DNA from: an uncultured Verrucomicrobiae bacterium
GTDB lineage: Bacteria; Verrucomicrobiota; Verrucomicrobiia; Chthoniobacterales; Chthoniobacteraceae
Direction: 5' to 3'
DNA length: 64,000 nucleotides
Assembly (NCBI GenBank): GCA_963769025.1
Contig: CAVYKI010000009.1
Span: 1,292,015-1,356,014, forward strand
In this document: piece after piece, positions 32,671 through 43,544 of the stretch
Layout: each line of letters begins with the position of its first letter
Numbering within the stretch: the first letter of the stretch is position 1
Position numbers and translations under genes: made by a program
The notes under the pieces: generated by a model
The model's database searches: none
The model's input: only the letters and a program-made list of their open reading frames with translations
Told to the model about the DNA's origin: nothing

Positions 32671-32691
32671 CCTCTGCCCGGCATCCGGCGG

Positions 32692-33678
32692 ATGGGGCGC
32701 GAAATTTTCACCAAGCCGGAGCTGGCCGCACTCGCGGCGCTGCGTGCGCGATTTCTCGACGGTTCGAATGCAGGCGGCGGCTATTGGAAAAACGAGGCGG
32801 AGCTTGCGCTCTACGATGGGAGCTTTGGCGAGCGCATCGGGTGGAAATGGGATGCGGTGATCTCGGAGCTGAAGTTGCGCGGATGGCGCCCCGCGGCGAA
32901 GCACGTGGTGGACTGGGGCTGCGGCAGCGGCATCGCCGGCAGGCGGGTGCTCGATGCCTGGGATGGCTTTGAATCGCTGACGCTCACGGATGTCTCGATG
33001 AAGGCAATGCGGTTTGCCGAGGCGCGGGCGCGGGAGACATTTCCGGGGCTCGGCGTGCGAACGACGGCGAATGGAACGGCTGCGGTGGTGGGGTCGTTGC
33101 TGCTGGTCAGCCATGTGGTGAACGAGACGGATGAATCGGCGGCGCTCCGGCTCGTCACGGCGGCACGGCGCGCGTCGGAGATCATCTGGGTCGAGGCCGG
33201 CACGCATGCGGACAGCCGGAGGCTGATTTCCGTGCGCGAGGATTTGCGCGGGGAATTCGACATCGTCGCGCCATGCACGCACGCCGCGCGGTGCGGGATG
33301 CTCACGGCGGAAAACGCGGCGCACTGGTGTCACCATTTTGCAACCGTGCCGGCGGAAGCATCGCGCGACGCGCGCTGGGCCCAGTTCGGACGCGAACTGG
33401 GCATCGACATGCGCTCGCTGCCCTACAGCTTCCTCGTTCTCACGCGGCGGGACTCGGGTCCGGCGCATACGCCGGGCTTCTCGCGAATCATCGGACGGCC
33501 CCGCGACGAGAAGGGGTATTATGACGTGCTGAGCTGCAGCGAGGAGGGCGTCGAGGAACTCGTGCTCCAAAAGCGGGACGCGCCGGCACTTTCCAAGCAA
33601 CTGCGCAAAGGGCGCGCGGACCCCGTGCAGCGCTGGACGCGGGACGGGAGGCACATCACGGACGCGACGCCTCGGTAG
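32692..33678 (+). CDS. Rsm22/METTL17-like SAM-dependent methyltransferase
   Basis: VVDWGCGSG SAM motif, SHVVNE, VEAGT, APCTHAARC, WCHHF, YSFLVL and RIIGRP...LSC. Confidence 0.75.
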   Translation: MGREIFTKPELAALAALRARFLDGSNAGGGYWKNEAELALYDGSFGERIGWKWDAVISELKLRGWRPAAKHVVDWGCGSGIAGRRVLDAWDGFESLTLTDVSMKAMRFAEARARETFPGLGVRTTANGTAAVVGSLLLVSHVVNETDESAALRLVTAARRASEIIWVEAGTHADSRRLISVREDLRGEFDIVAPCTHAARCGMLTAENAAHWCHHFATVPAEASRDARWAQFGRELGIDMRSLPYSFLVLTRRDSGPAHTPGFSRIIGRPRDEKGYYDVLSCSEEGVEELVLQKRDAPALSKQLRKGRADPVQRWTRDGRHITDATPR

Positions 33679-33754
33679 TCCTCGGTGTTTTCCGGAAGCG
33701 CGGCAGAAATCGCACGGCTCTCGACACGGCGCGGCATCTGCATGATGGTGCGGG

Positions 33755-34895
33755 ATGTTCGTTGACCACATCCAGATTCACGCGCAGGCCGGCAGAGGCG
33801 GGCGCGGGACCGTTTCATTTCGCAGGGAAAAATTTGTACCGCGCGGAGGGCCGGATGGCGGCGATGGCGGACGCGGAGGGAGCGTGATCCTGCGACCGGA
33901 CCCGAACGTGGACAATCTCGTCGAGTTTCACTACCAGTCGAACCTGAAGGCGAAGAGCGGCGAGAATGGTGGCTCGAAGAATTGCACCGGGCGCGCTGCC
34001 GCGGACGCGATCTACAAGGTGCCGGTCGGGACGCTCGTGTATCGCATGCCGTTTGAACGCGCTGAACCGGGACCTGCACCTCGCAACACCACCTCGTTCC
34101 TGAACCTCGAAACGCTGACGGATGAGGAGGCCGCGAAGCTCGAATATCCGTCAGGCACCGCGCAGGAAAGTGGACCCGGAGGAGCTGGAACTCGTCGTGG
34201 ATCTCAAGATGCCGGGCGAGGATTTCGTGCTCTGCAAAGGCGGCGATGGAGGCAAGGGCAACGTGCATTTCAAGAGCAGCCGCAACCGCGTGCCGCGCGA
34301 GTTCACCGAAGGCACTGAGGGTGAGGAAGGCGTGTTTTACCTCGAACTGCGCAAGATCGCCGACGCCGGACTGGTCGGCTATCCGAACGCCGGAAAGAGC
34401 ACGCTGCTCACGCACATTTCCAACGCGCATCCGAAGATCGCTCCGTATCCCTTCACGACGCTGACGCCGCACATCGGCGTGGTGGATCTGGCGAACTACC
34501 GGCGCGTCACCGTCGCGGACATCCCAGGCCTCATCGAAGGTGCGAACGAGAATGTCGGGCTCGGCCATGATTTCCTGCGGCACATCGTGCGGTGCAAGCT
34601 GCTCATCTTCGTGCTCGACATGGCGGGCAGCGAAGGACGCGAGCCGCTCGAAGATTTGCAAAAGCTCCGCAAGGAACTCGACCTCTACGACCCGACCTTG
34701 AGCGAGCGTCCATGGATCGTCGTCGCGAACAAGATGGACCTCCCGGGTGCGAAAACGAAGCTCAAGCAATTCAAGACGCGCTACAAGAAGCTGGAGGTTT
34801 TCCCCGTGTGCGCGGAAAAATCCGAGGGCCTCGATGCGCTGACGGAAAGGCTCGGGGAGTTGATCCCTCACGAGGAGCCTGCAAGTGCGGAATAG
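33755..34895 (+). CDS. obgE: GTPase ObgE/CgtA (frameshift near 34150)
   Basis: MFVD, SFRREKFVPRGGPDGGDGG, GLVGYPNAGKSTLL, PFTT, DIPG and NKMD. Confidence 0.95.
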
Positions 34896-34949
34896 CGGTC
34901 CGCGCGTTCGTGCTGGAATTCTCGCAGTTCGCGGACATCTTTCCCGCCC

Positions 34950-35771
34950 ATGAGACTAGCCCTCCTCGCATTCACCACGCTCCTGGCAACCCAGACGGTC
35001 CGGGCAACCACGGCGTATGAAGCCCTGCGCATCCTCGGCAAACAGAAGAACGAAGCGCTTCTCGACAACATCATCGAGATGCGCGGCGACAAGGGCTCAC
35101 CGCAGCCCCGCGTGTGGAAAATCATCGTGAAGGACGCCACGGCACGCGGCGGCGCGAGGGAATTCTCCGTCCAGGGCACGCGCCTCACAGGCGAGCAGGC
35201 TGCGCAGACGACCGGCGCGCCGATGAACATGAGCCAGCTCAATCTCGACAGCGACGGCGTCCACACGGTCGCCGAGCGCGAGGCCAAAAAGGTCACCTTC
35301 TCCTACGACCACGCCAGCTACACGCTGCGCGCCGGGAGCAAGGGCGGATCGCCCGTTTGGGAAATCCGGCTCACCGACGAGAAGAGCGGCGGCGCAGCCT
35401 CGCTCCATATCGCTGCGACGACGGGAAATGTTCTCAGCTCCGAAGGCCTGGTGAATCATCCCAAGCCCGCGGCTGCAATTCCCGCTCCCGCTCCGCGCTA
35501 CCAGCCCGAACCCGAGCAGCGCGACCCGCGGCCCGCACCCCAGGGTGTCGCGCGACGCGTCGAACCCGACAACCCCGAGCCGAACCGGTTCTTCGACCGC
35601 CTCGGAAATCACATGTCGCGCCGCGGGCGCCAGATCGGCGACGCGTTCCACAATCTCTTCACAGGTGACAATCGCGACAGCGCGGGACCGCGCGATCCGC
35701 GTCCAGGCCCGCCGCCGCCGCGTGCGAATGACGACACGGACTACGTCCGCCCGAGCCGCGTCCGCGACTGA
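34950..35771 (+). CDS. Secreted hypothetical protein (PepSY-like region, Pro-rich C-terminus)
   Basis: Signal peptide; PVWEIRL...HIAATTGNVL resembles PepSY; low-complexity tail. Confidence 0.6.
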   Translation: MRLALLAFTTLLATQTVRATTAYEALRILGKQKNEALLDNIIEMRGDKGSPQPRVWKIIVKDATARGGAREFSVQGTRLTGEQAAQTTGAPMNMSQLNLDSDGVHTVAEREAKKVTFSYDHASYTLRAGSKGGSPVWEIRLTDEKSGGAASLHIAATTGNVLSSEGLVNHPKPAAAIPAPAPRYQPEPEQRDPRPAPQGVARRVEPDNPEPNRFFDRLGNHMSRRGRQIGDAFHNLFTGDNRDSAGPRDPRPGPPPPRANDDTDYVRPSRVRD

Positions 35772-35789
35772 GTCTTCACATTTCAAACT

Positions 35790-36278
35790 ATGCTCAGCAC
35801 GGTCATCGCCCTCGCCACGGCTGGCGTCGCGCTTCTCTTCCTCGAAGTGTTCCTCCCGGGAATCATCGCCGGCGTAATCGGCGGCATCCTGCTCATCGCC
35901 GCAGTCGTCACCGCCTACCGGGACCTCGGGCCTGCGGCCGGGAACATCACGCTTTTGGCCACGAGTGCGGCCACCGCCGTACTTTGGTGGTGGTGGGCGA
36001 CGAAATTCCAGCACACGCGCTTCGGCCGCAGGATGATGCTCGAAACCACGAGCACCGGCACCTCCCAGGCCGAGGGTCTCGCGCAACTGATCGGGCAGAC
36101 CGGAACCGCAGCCACTCCGCTGCGGCCCAGCGGGACGATCATCGTCGCGGGGACGCGCGTGGATGCGATCACCGGCGGTGAATTTCTCGAACCGGGAACG
36201 CCCGTGCGCATCATTCGCGCCGAGGGCTCCGGCGTCATCGTCCGCAGGCACGTCCAGCCCGATTCGGCAGCGGCGTAA
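35790..36278 (+). CDS. NfeD family membrane protein (short form)
   Basis: LFLEVFLPG transmembrane region; C-terminal OB fold with GTAATPLRPSG and VDAITGGEFL. Confidence 0.85.
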   Translation: MLSTVIALATAGVALLFLEVFLPGIIAGVIGGILLIAAVVTAYRDLGPAAGNITLLATSAATAVLWWWWATKFQHTRFGRRMMLETTSTGTSQAEGLAQLIGQTGTAATPLRPSGTIIVAGTRVDAITGGEFLEPGTPVRIIRAEGSGVIVRRHVQPDSAAA

Positions 36279-36444
36279 TCTGTCCTCCCTTCATCGCAGT
36301 CTCCCCTGCTCGCCAACGAGCACTACGGAGCACGATGTGAAGCGCGGCCTCAAAAGCGGAAGGCTTCCCCTTCCGGTTCCTTCGCGCAGAGGATAACCAG
36401 TCACCCGCGCAGCATGCCCGGCGGGCACGCCCGTAAGCGATCGT

Positions 36445-37898
36445 TCAACTGATAATCCCTTTCACCCGCTTCGCCGCGTCCACGCCAGTGAGCCGGAAAT
36501 CGAGCCCCTGCGAACGGACGGTGAGCCGCTCGTGATCGAGGCCGAGCTGATGCAGGATCGTCGCATGGATGTCGCGGACGTGGACGGGATTCTCGACGGC
36601 ACCGAAGCCGAACTCGTCGGTCTGGCCGTAAACCAGTCCAGGTTTGAATCCGCCGCCGGCGAACCACATCGTGAAGGCATCGATGTGATGATTGCGCCCG
36701 GTGGACTCGCGCACCTCCCCCATCGGCGTGCGTCCGAACTCGCCGCCCCAGATCACGATCGTGTTGTCCAGCAGGCCGCGCATTTTCAGGTCGCGCACGA
36801 GCGCCGCGCTGGCGCGGTCAACGTCGGCGGCCTTCATCGGCAGATGCTTCTCGAGATTCTCCGTGGGCCCGCCGTGGTGGTCCCAATTCGTGTCGTAGAG
36901 CTGCACGAAGCGCACGCCGCGCTCGACGAGGCGGCGGGCGAGCAGGCAATTCCGCGCGAAGCTGGTCTCCTTGCTGTCCTTGATGCCGTAAAGCTCGAGC
37001 GTCGCCTGCGTCTCGCCGCGGATGTCCATCAGCTCCGGCGCACTCGTCTGCATGCGGTAGGCCATCTCATAGGCGTTGATGCGTGTGGAAATTTCGTCGT
37101 CACCCGTCTCGACGAGCCGCTTGAGATTCAGCTCGCGCACCGCGTCCACAAGCTGCCGCTGCTGCGGGGCGGTGATGGACTGCGGCGTGGAAAGATTGAC
37201 GATGGGATCGCCCTGGTTGCGCAACGGCACTCCCTGGTACGTCGTCGGCAGCACTCCGCTTCCCCACAGCACCGCACCGCCACGCGGACCGCGCGGCCCG
37301 CTCTGCAGCACGACGAAGCCCGGCAGATTGTCGCATTCACTCCCGAGCCCGTAAGTGACCCATGCGCCCATGCTCGGCCTGCCGAAAAGCCCGCTGCCGG
37401 CATTCATGAAAAGTTTCGCCGGCGCGTGATTGAAAAGGTCCGCCTTGCAGGTCGTGAGGAGGCACATCTCGTCCGACGATCCCCGCCGTGTGCGGCAGGA
37501 GATCACTCACCCACGCGCCGGATTTTCCGTGCTGCTTGAAATGCGAATTTCGATGCGAGCAGGTTCGTCCGGTGGCTGCTGTCCATGAACGCGAACCGCT
37601 TGCCTTTCGTGTAGCTCTCGGGAATCGGCTTGCCGTTCAGCGCGGTGAGCTGCGGCTTGTGCTCGAAGAGATCAAGCTGCGACGGCCCGCCCGCCATGAA
37701 GAGGAAGATGACGTTCTTCGCCTTTGCCGGAAAATGCGTCGGCTTCGGTTCCAGCGGATTGCGCATTTTCACCGCGGGATTCGCCGCAAGTCCGCGCTCC
37801 TCCATCAGCGAGGCGAGCGCGATGGAGCCGACGCCCATCGAGCAGCGGCTGAAAAAGTGACGCCGCGTGATGTCGCGGAGGGCGTGTTCAGGATTCAT
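36445..37898 (-). CDS. DUF1501 domain protein (Tat substrate; frameshifts near 37470-37540)
   Basis: TRRHFF, AKNVIFLFMAGGPSQLDLF, LLARRLVERGVRFVQ, WDHH and GEFGRTP. Confidence 0.9.
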
Positions 37899-38608
37899 GG
37901 CAGTTCGCGGATTCGGATTTTCCGGAAGTGAATGGGCGAGCCTTCGCTTTCCAGGCAGAGAAACCCCTTCGCGGGGACACAGCCGGTGCCTCCCGAAACT
38001 TCCTCGCCATTCACCCACAGGCGGACTTCGCCGTTGATGGCGCGGATGTAGTAGTGGTTCCATTCGCCGTGCCCTTTCGCGAGATGCTTGCGCGGGAAGC
38101 TGCGGCTGCCATCAGGCGAGAGCGGCGGGAAAGGTTTCATTTTCACGCCGACCGGAAAGACATCGCCATTCGTCCCGAACCAGTCGGTCTTGCCCCCGCC
38201 CGCCTTGATTTTTTCAGTGTACCCGTGGTCGAGGACCTGGACCTCGATGCCCTGCGGCAGCCCCGGCTTTCCGGCGGCGGTGAGCTTTTCGATCGAAGCC
38301 GGCGTGGCCCAGATGAAGACGCCGCTGTTGCCCGCCGCCTTCTGATGGCTCCACTCCACGACCGCCTCGAAGTTCTGATATTCCTTCACCGTGCGCAGGA
38401 CACTGACCGGCTTCCCCGTGCATTGCAGCACGCCGTCCTTCCAGCTCCATGTGTCGTCGGCGCTGTTCACTTTTGTGAAATCCTCGGCGACGAGCGCCCG
38501 CCATCCCGGCTGGGTGTCGTCCATGAATGCACGCACGGGATCTTCCGCACGGAGGACGGCCACTTGGAGAAGAAGGACTGCAAGGAGGGTGAGGTGCGTG
38601 GTGTTCAT
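37895..38608 (-). CDS. DUF1080 (3-keto-disaccharide hydrolase-like) secreted protein
   Basis: WSWKDG, NFEAVVEW, GNSGVF, IEVQVLD, EWNHY and GFLCLESEGSPIHFRKIRIRELP. Confidence 0.88.
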   Translation of the reverse strand: MNTTHLTLLAVLLLQVAVLRAEDPVRAFMDDTQPGWRALVAEDFTKVNSADDTWSWKDGVLQCTGKPVSVLRTVKEYQNFEAVVEWSHQKAAGNSGVFIWATPASIEKLTAAGKPGLPQGIEVQVLDHGYTEKIKAGGGKTDWFGTNGDVFPVGVKMKPFPPLSPDGSRSFPRKHLAKGHGEWNHYYIRAINGEVRLWVNGEEVSGGTGCVPAKGFLCLESEGSPIHFRKIRIRELP

Positions 38609-38615
38609 TGGAGGG

Positions 38616-40986
38616 CTATTCTCGCGTGAGGGTTTCGTCGAGGTTCAGGAGCGCACGCGCGGCGTTGAGCGTGTCGAGTTTCTGGAGGATTGCGAGTTCC
38701 CCAGCCTTCGGCGCGCGGCTCGTGCAGCGGCGGAATGCGGCCTCCAGTCCGTCCTTGCGGATGATTTTCTCCAGCGCCGTCGCGAACTCGAAGAAGCCGG
38801 CTGTCGTTCATCAGCGTGAGCGCCTGGAGCGGCGTGTTGCTGCGGATGCGGCGCGTGCAGGAGCTGAAGCCGTCCGGCGCGTCGAAGACATTCAGCGACG
38901 GCGGCGGCGAGGCGCGATAGATGAATGTGTAGAGCCCGCGCCGGTACTTGTCCTCGCCCTTGCTCACGGTCCACGCGCGCTTCACCTGGCCCACGCCCAT
39001 CACGCCATCCGGGATCGGCGGATACACGGGCGGGCCGCCGAGCTTTTGCGAAAGGAGTCCGCTCGCGGAGAGCGCGACATCGCGCACGATCTCCGCGTCG
39101 AGACGCAGGCGCGTCTGCCGCGCGAGCAGGTAGTTCTCCGGATCCTTCTCGCGCAGGTCAGGTCGCTGCGCAGAACTCTGCCGGTAAGTGGCCGAGGTCA
39201 CGATGACCCGGTGCAGCTCCTTGAGGCTCCATTTTTTCGCGGCGAACTCCGTCGCGAGCCAGTCGAGCAGTTCGGGATGCGACGGCAGAGTGCCCTGCAT
39301 TCCGAAATCATTTTCCGTCTCGACGATGCCGCGCCCGAAATACTGCTGCCACACCCGGTTCACGATCACGCGCGCGGTGAGCGGATTTTTCGGGCTCATG
39401 ATCCAGCGCGCGAGATCCAGCCTCGTCGGCTGGGCATCCGTCGTTTCAAGGGCGTGCAGCACCGCCGGAGTGCCGGGAGTCACCTCATCCGCCGGTCGCG
39501 TGAAGTCGCCCTTGATGAAGACGGTCGTCTTCCGCGGCTTCGGCAGCTCTTTCATCACCATTGTCGTGGTCCCGCTGTTGAGGAGCGAATCGAGTTCGGT
39601 GTAGCGGTCATCGAGGATGCGGAACTCATCGCTGGGATTCACGATGACCGAAAAGAGCGTCCGCTTGTGCTCCAGCGTCCGCTTTGCCGCGGGTACTGCC
39701 AGCGCCTTCTTCACGCCGCCCGTGGTCGTTTTCCGAAACTCCGGCGTGAGCCCGGATTCCCAGGCCGCGATCTCGTCGTTCCGCCGCTCCAGCAGGGCGG
39801 CGAGTTTGCCCTCCACGTTCTTCAGCTCCGCGGTGAGCGCATTCACGTCCACCGTCGGATCGAGGACCTTCATCGTCGGCTCGTCCTGATTGTTCAAAAA
39901 CGCGAACAGGCGGTAATATTCCTTCTGCGCGATGGGATCGAACTTGTGATCGTGACACTGCGCACAGCCTACGCTCAGCCCGAGCCACACCGTCCCCGTC
40001 GTCGCCACGCGGTCGAACACGCTGTCGATGCGGAACTGCTCCTTGTCGATGCCGCCTTCCTGATTGATCTGCGTGTTGCGATGAAACCCCGTCGCGATCT
40101 TTTGCGCCTCGCTCGCATTCGGCAGCAGATCGCCCGCGAGCTGCTCGATGGTAAACTGATCGAACGGCATGTCCGCATTCAGCGCGCCGACGACCCAGTC
40201 GCGGAATTTCCAAATCTGCCGCGGTGCATCAATCGAGTAGCCGTTGCTGTCCGCATAGCGCGCCTGATCGAGCCACCAGCGCCCCCAGCGTTCGCCGTAG
40301 TGCGGACTCGCGAGCAGGCGATCCACGAGTGCGCGATACGCCCCCTCCGCGTCCTTCGCCGAAGCGTTCACAAACGCATCCACCTCCTCCGTGGTCGGCG
40401 GAAGCCCCGTGAGGTCGAGCGACACGCGGCGGATGCGCGTCGCCGCGTCGGCGAGCGGTGAAGGCGCGAGCTTTTCAATGGCCAGCCGGGCCTGGACAAA
40501 GCGGTCCACCGGATGTGAAGCGCCGGGAATCTCCGGTGGTGCGCTGCGCTTCGGCGGCTCGAATGCCCAGTGCCTCTCATATGTCGCTCCCTGCTCGATC
40601 CATCGCTTCAGCGTCTCCTTCTGTTCTGCCGTCAGCTTCTTCTTCGATTTCACCGGCGGCATCAGGTCGTCCTCGTCGTGCGTGTTGATGCGCTTCATCA
40701 CTTCGCTCTCGTCCGGCTTGCCGGGGACGATCGCCGCGTAGCCACCGAGATCCGCGACCGCAGCTTCGCGCACATCGAGCCGCAGCTTCGCCTCGCGGTG
40801 CTCCTCATCCGGGCCGTGGCAGTAGTAGCAGTTGTTCGAGAGGATCGGGCGGACGTGCGTGTTGAAGCTGACCTTGTCCGCCGCGGTGGCACCGGTCGCG
40901 GCGCCCGCGAAAGCGCAAGCTGCCATCGTGAGGAGCGTCCGCGCATTCAGGAGCACGGCGAATGAAGCTGGGGAACGGTTTGGCAT
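38616..40986 (-). CDS. Planctomycete cytochrome c + DUF1549/DUF1553 (PSD1-type) protein (frameshift near 38800)
   Basis: VSFNTHVRPILSNNCYYCHGPD, RRVSLDLTGLPP, HYGERWGRWWLD, CAQCHDHK and NTPLQAL. The true end LLNLDETLTRE-stop lies at 38616. Confidence 0.9.
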
Positions 40987-40993
40987 TTCAGAA

Positions 40994-42559
40994 CTACTGC
41001 GCCGCGGCTGCCTTTTTCTTTGCGCCTTTCGCTCCTTTGCGCACTTGGATCTCGACTGCATTTTTTTGCGCTTCACCGGGCGTGCTGCGTCCGTCGGCGA
41101 TGTATTTGTCCAGCAATCCGCCGAGACGCTTCACCATTTCCGGGTGCTCCGCGGCGACGTTCTTCTGCTCAGCATGATCCGAGGCCAAGTCGTAAAGCTG
41201 GTCCGAAGGCAGATCCTTTTCCTCGGCCGTGCCGGGCCTTGGCGCGCTCCATCCGCCGCTGCCGGCGCACAGGATGAGCTTCCAATTGCCCTCGCGGATC
41301 GCGAACGAGCCGTTGATCGAATGCGACACGAGCGCCGTGCGGCGCAGGCCGTCCGTGCCGAGCAGCACGGGAAGGAAACTCACGCTGTCCTCCGCTGCGC
41401 CCGCCGGGAGTTTCGCGCCAGTGACATCCGCCGCCGTCGCCATGAAGTCCGTGAGGCACACCGTCTGCCCGCTGCTCCCGCCGGCCTTCACTTTCCCCGG
41501 CCAGCTCACGATGAACGGCACCCGGTGCCCGCCTTCGAATATGTCCGCCTTGTGCCCGCGGAAACCCGCGCTCGGGTCATGCCCCTTCGCGCGCAGTTCG
41601 TCGAATTTCGCCTGCGGCGAGCAGCCGTTGTCGCTTGTGAAAATGAAGAGCGTGTTTCCGGCCGCGCCCGCCTTTTCCAGCGCGTCGAGCACCTGCCCGG
41701 TCGCCGCGTCCACCTGCATCACGAAGTCGCCGTACGCATTCAACCCGCTCTTCCCCTTCCACTCCGGCGACGGGTTGGTCGGCGTGTGCGGCGCATTCAG
41801 CGGCATGTACAGAAAGAACGGCTTCCCTGCTTTCGCAGCCTTCCCGATCCACTCCGACGCCTTCTCCACGAGCTTCGGCAGCACGTCCACCGCCTCGAAT
41901 CCCTCCGCAGCCGGCCCCTTCCTCGTCATGCCGCCATTTTCGCGATCCGTCATCATGGGAAAGGCCGCTTCCTTCGTTGGAACGGCCGTCACGCGATCGT
42001 TCTCGATGTACGTGTAAGGCACCATGTCGAGCGACGCCGCGATGCCGAAGTAGTAGTCGAACCCGACCGCATTCGGCCCGTTCGCGATGGGCTTCTTGAA
42101 ATCCACGCTCCACACCTGATCCGGCTTCTCGATGTTCAGCGCCTCGACCTGTTTCCCCTCGTGCTTTGCCCAATCCATCCCGAGGTGCCACTTGCCGACG
42201 CACGCCGTCGCGTAGCCGCTGTCCTTCAGCAGCTGAGCGACGGTGAGCCGCCCTTCCTCGATCAGCCGCGGACTCAGCCCACCGAGCACGCCGCTCTGGA
42301 GTTTTGTCCGCCAGTTGTAGCGCCCGGTGAGCAGCCCGTATCGCGTCGGAGTGCAGACGGCGGACGGCGTGTGAGCGTCGGTGAACTTCATGCCCGCCGC
42401 AGCGAGACGGTCCAGATTGGGCGTCGCGATTTTCCCCTCGGGATTGAAAGAGCGCACGTCGCCGATGCCGAGATCGTCGGCGAGTATGAAGACGATGTTC
42501 GGCCTGTCCGCAGCGGTGGCGACGGAGACGACGGCGAGAAGCAACGGGAGGAAGCGCAT
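40994..42559 (-). CDS. Arylsulfatase (Cys-type)
   Basis: RPNIVFILADDLG, CTPTRYGLLTGRY, GKWHLG and FTSDNG; signal peptide. Confidence 0.93.
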   Translation of the reverse strand: MRFLPLLLAVVSVATAADRPNIVFILADDLGIGDVRSFNPEGKIATPNLDRLAAAGMKFTDAHTPSAVCTPTRYGLLTGRYNWRTKLQSGVLGGLSPRLIEEGRLTVAQLLKDSGYATACVGKWHLGMDWAKHEGKQVEALNIEKPDQVWSVDFKKPIANGPNAVGFDYYFGIAASLDMVPYTYIENDRVTAVPTKEAAFPMMTDRENGGMTRKGPAAEGFEAVDVLPKLVEKASEWIGKAAKAGKPFFLYMPLNAPHTPTNPSPEWKGKSGLNAYGDFVMQVDAATGQVLDALEKAGAAGNTLFIFTSDNGCSPQAKFDELRAKGHDPSAGFRGHKADIFEGGHRVPFIVSWPGKVKAGGSSGQTVCLTDFMATAADVTGAKLPAGAAEDSVSFLPVLLGTDGLRRTALVSHSINGSFAIREGNWKLILCAGSGGWSAPRPGTAEEKDLPSDQLYDLASDHAEQKNVAAEHPEMVKRLGGLLDKYIADGRSTPGEAQKNAVEIQVRKGAKGAKKKAAAAQ

Positions 42560-42827
42560 CGCGCGACAATGCAATCGCCGCCGCGAAGTGCAAGCCGAGC
42601 CGCATCCGGACGCGTGCAGAAAAATACCTTTCCCCGTCACTCCAAGTGCTGCGCACGCCTGCACGTCGGAGCCGGCGCGAGCAGCTCCCCGCCAGACTGT
42701 ACGCTACACTGTTGCGCAGCCCGTTCCGTCTTCTCACCGGTGTCTCACATCCTTCATTTCAACTGCGGGACGTTTGTTCGAAACCGCAGTTGAATCCCGC
42801 CCCGCCAGCCGCTACCCATCCGCCGCG

Positions 42828-43544
42828 ATGGCCCCGACCGAGAAGATTGACACACTCCAGACGATCGAGATCGCCGAGGGCGTGCAGATCCAGCTCAAGC
42901 CGGCCGGGCCGTGCGTGCGGATGGCGGCATACACCCTGGACCTCATCTACTTTTTCGTCGCCCTGCTGATCCTCGGCATGGTCGTGAGCGTCGTCGGAAC
43001 ATACTTCGGCACGGGTGTCGGCCGCGGTTTCTACTCGCTCGCGTTTTTCCTGCTGAACTGGTTTTACTTCGTCTGGTACGAAGTGCGGCGCGGGGATTCG
43101 CCGGGGAAGAAGAGCATGGGGCTGAAAGTGGTCACCACGTCCGGCTCACCGCCGACGCTCGGCGCCTCCATGCTGCGAAATTTGCTGCGCTTCGCGGACT
43201 TCCTGCCGTTCGGATATCTGTTCGGCGTGGTCACGTGCCTCTCGAACCGCAACTTCCAGCGCATCGGCGATCTCGTGGCTGATACGCTCGTGGTCTATGC
43301 TGCCAAGCCGGACAAAAGCGAAAAGGCGCTGCTGCTGAAAACTCCCGTCACACCCCTCGCGCCGCGCGCCGTGCTCAGCCGCGAGGAGCAGTCCGCGCTC
43401 GTGCAATTCCTCGACCGCGCCGAGCTCTGGTCGCCATCGCGCAAGGAGGAGCTCGCCGACCACGTGCAGCCGCTGACCGGAGCGACCGGAAAGGAAGGCG
43501 TGAGCCGCACGCTCTCGATGGGCGCGTGGCTGCGTGACTCATGA
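42828..43544 (+). CDS. RDD family membrane protein
   Basis: RMAAYTLD, SPGKKSMGL, RNLLRFAD and QRIGDLVADTLVV. Confidence 0.9.
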   Translation: MAPTEKIDTLQTIEIAEGVQIQLKPAGPCVRMAAYTLDLIYFFVALLILGMVVSVVGTYFGTGVGRGFYSLAFFLLNWFYFVWYEVRRGDSPGKKSMGLKVVTTSGSPPTLGASMLRNLLRFADFLPFGYLFGVVTCLSNRNFQRIGDLVADTLVVYAAKPDKSEKALLLKTPVTPLAPRAVLSREEQSALVQFLDRAELWSPSRKEELADHVQPLTGATGKEGVSRTLSMGAWLRDS

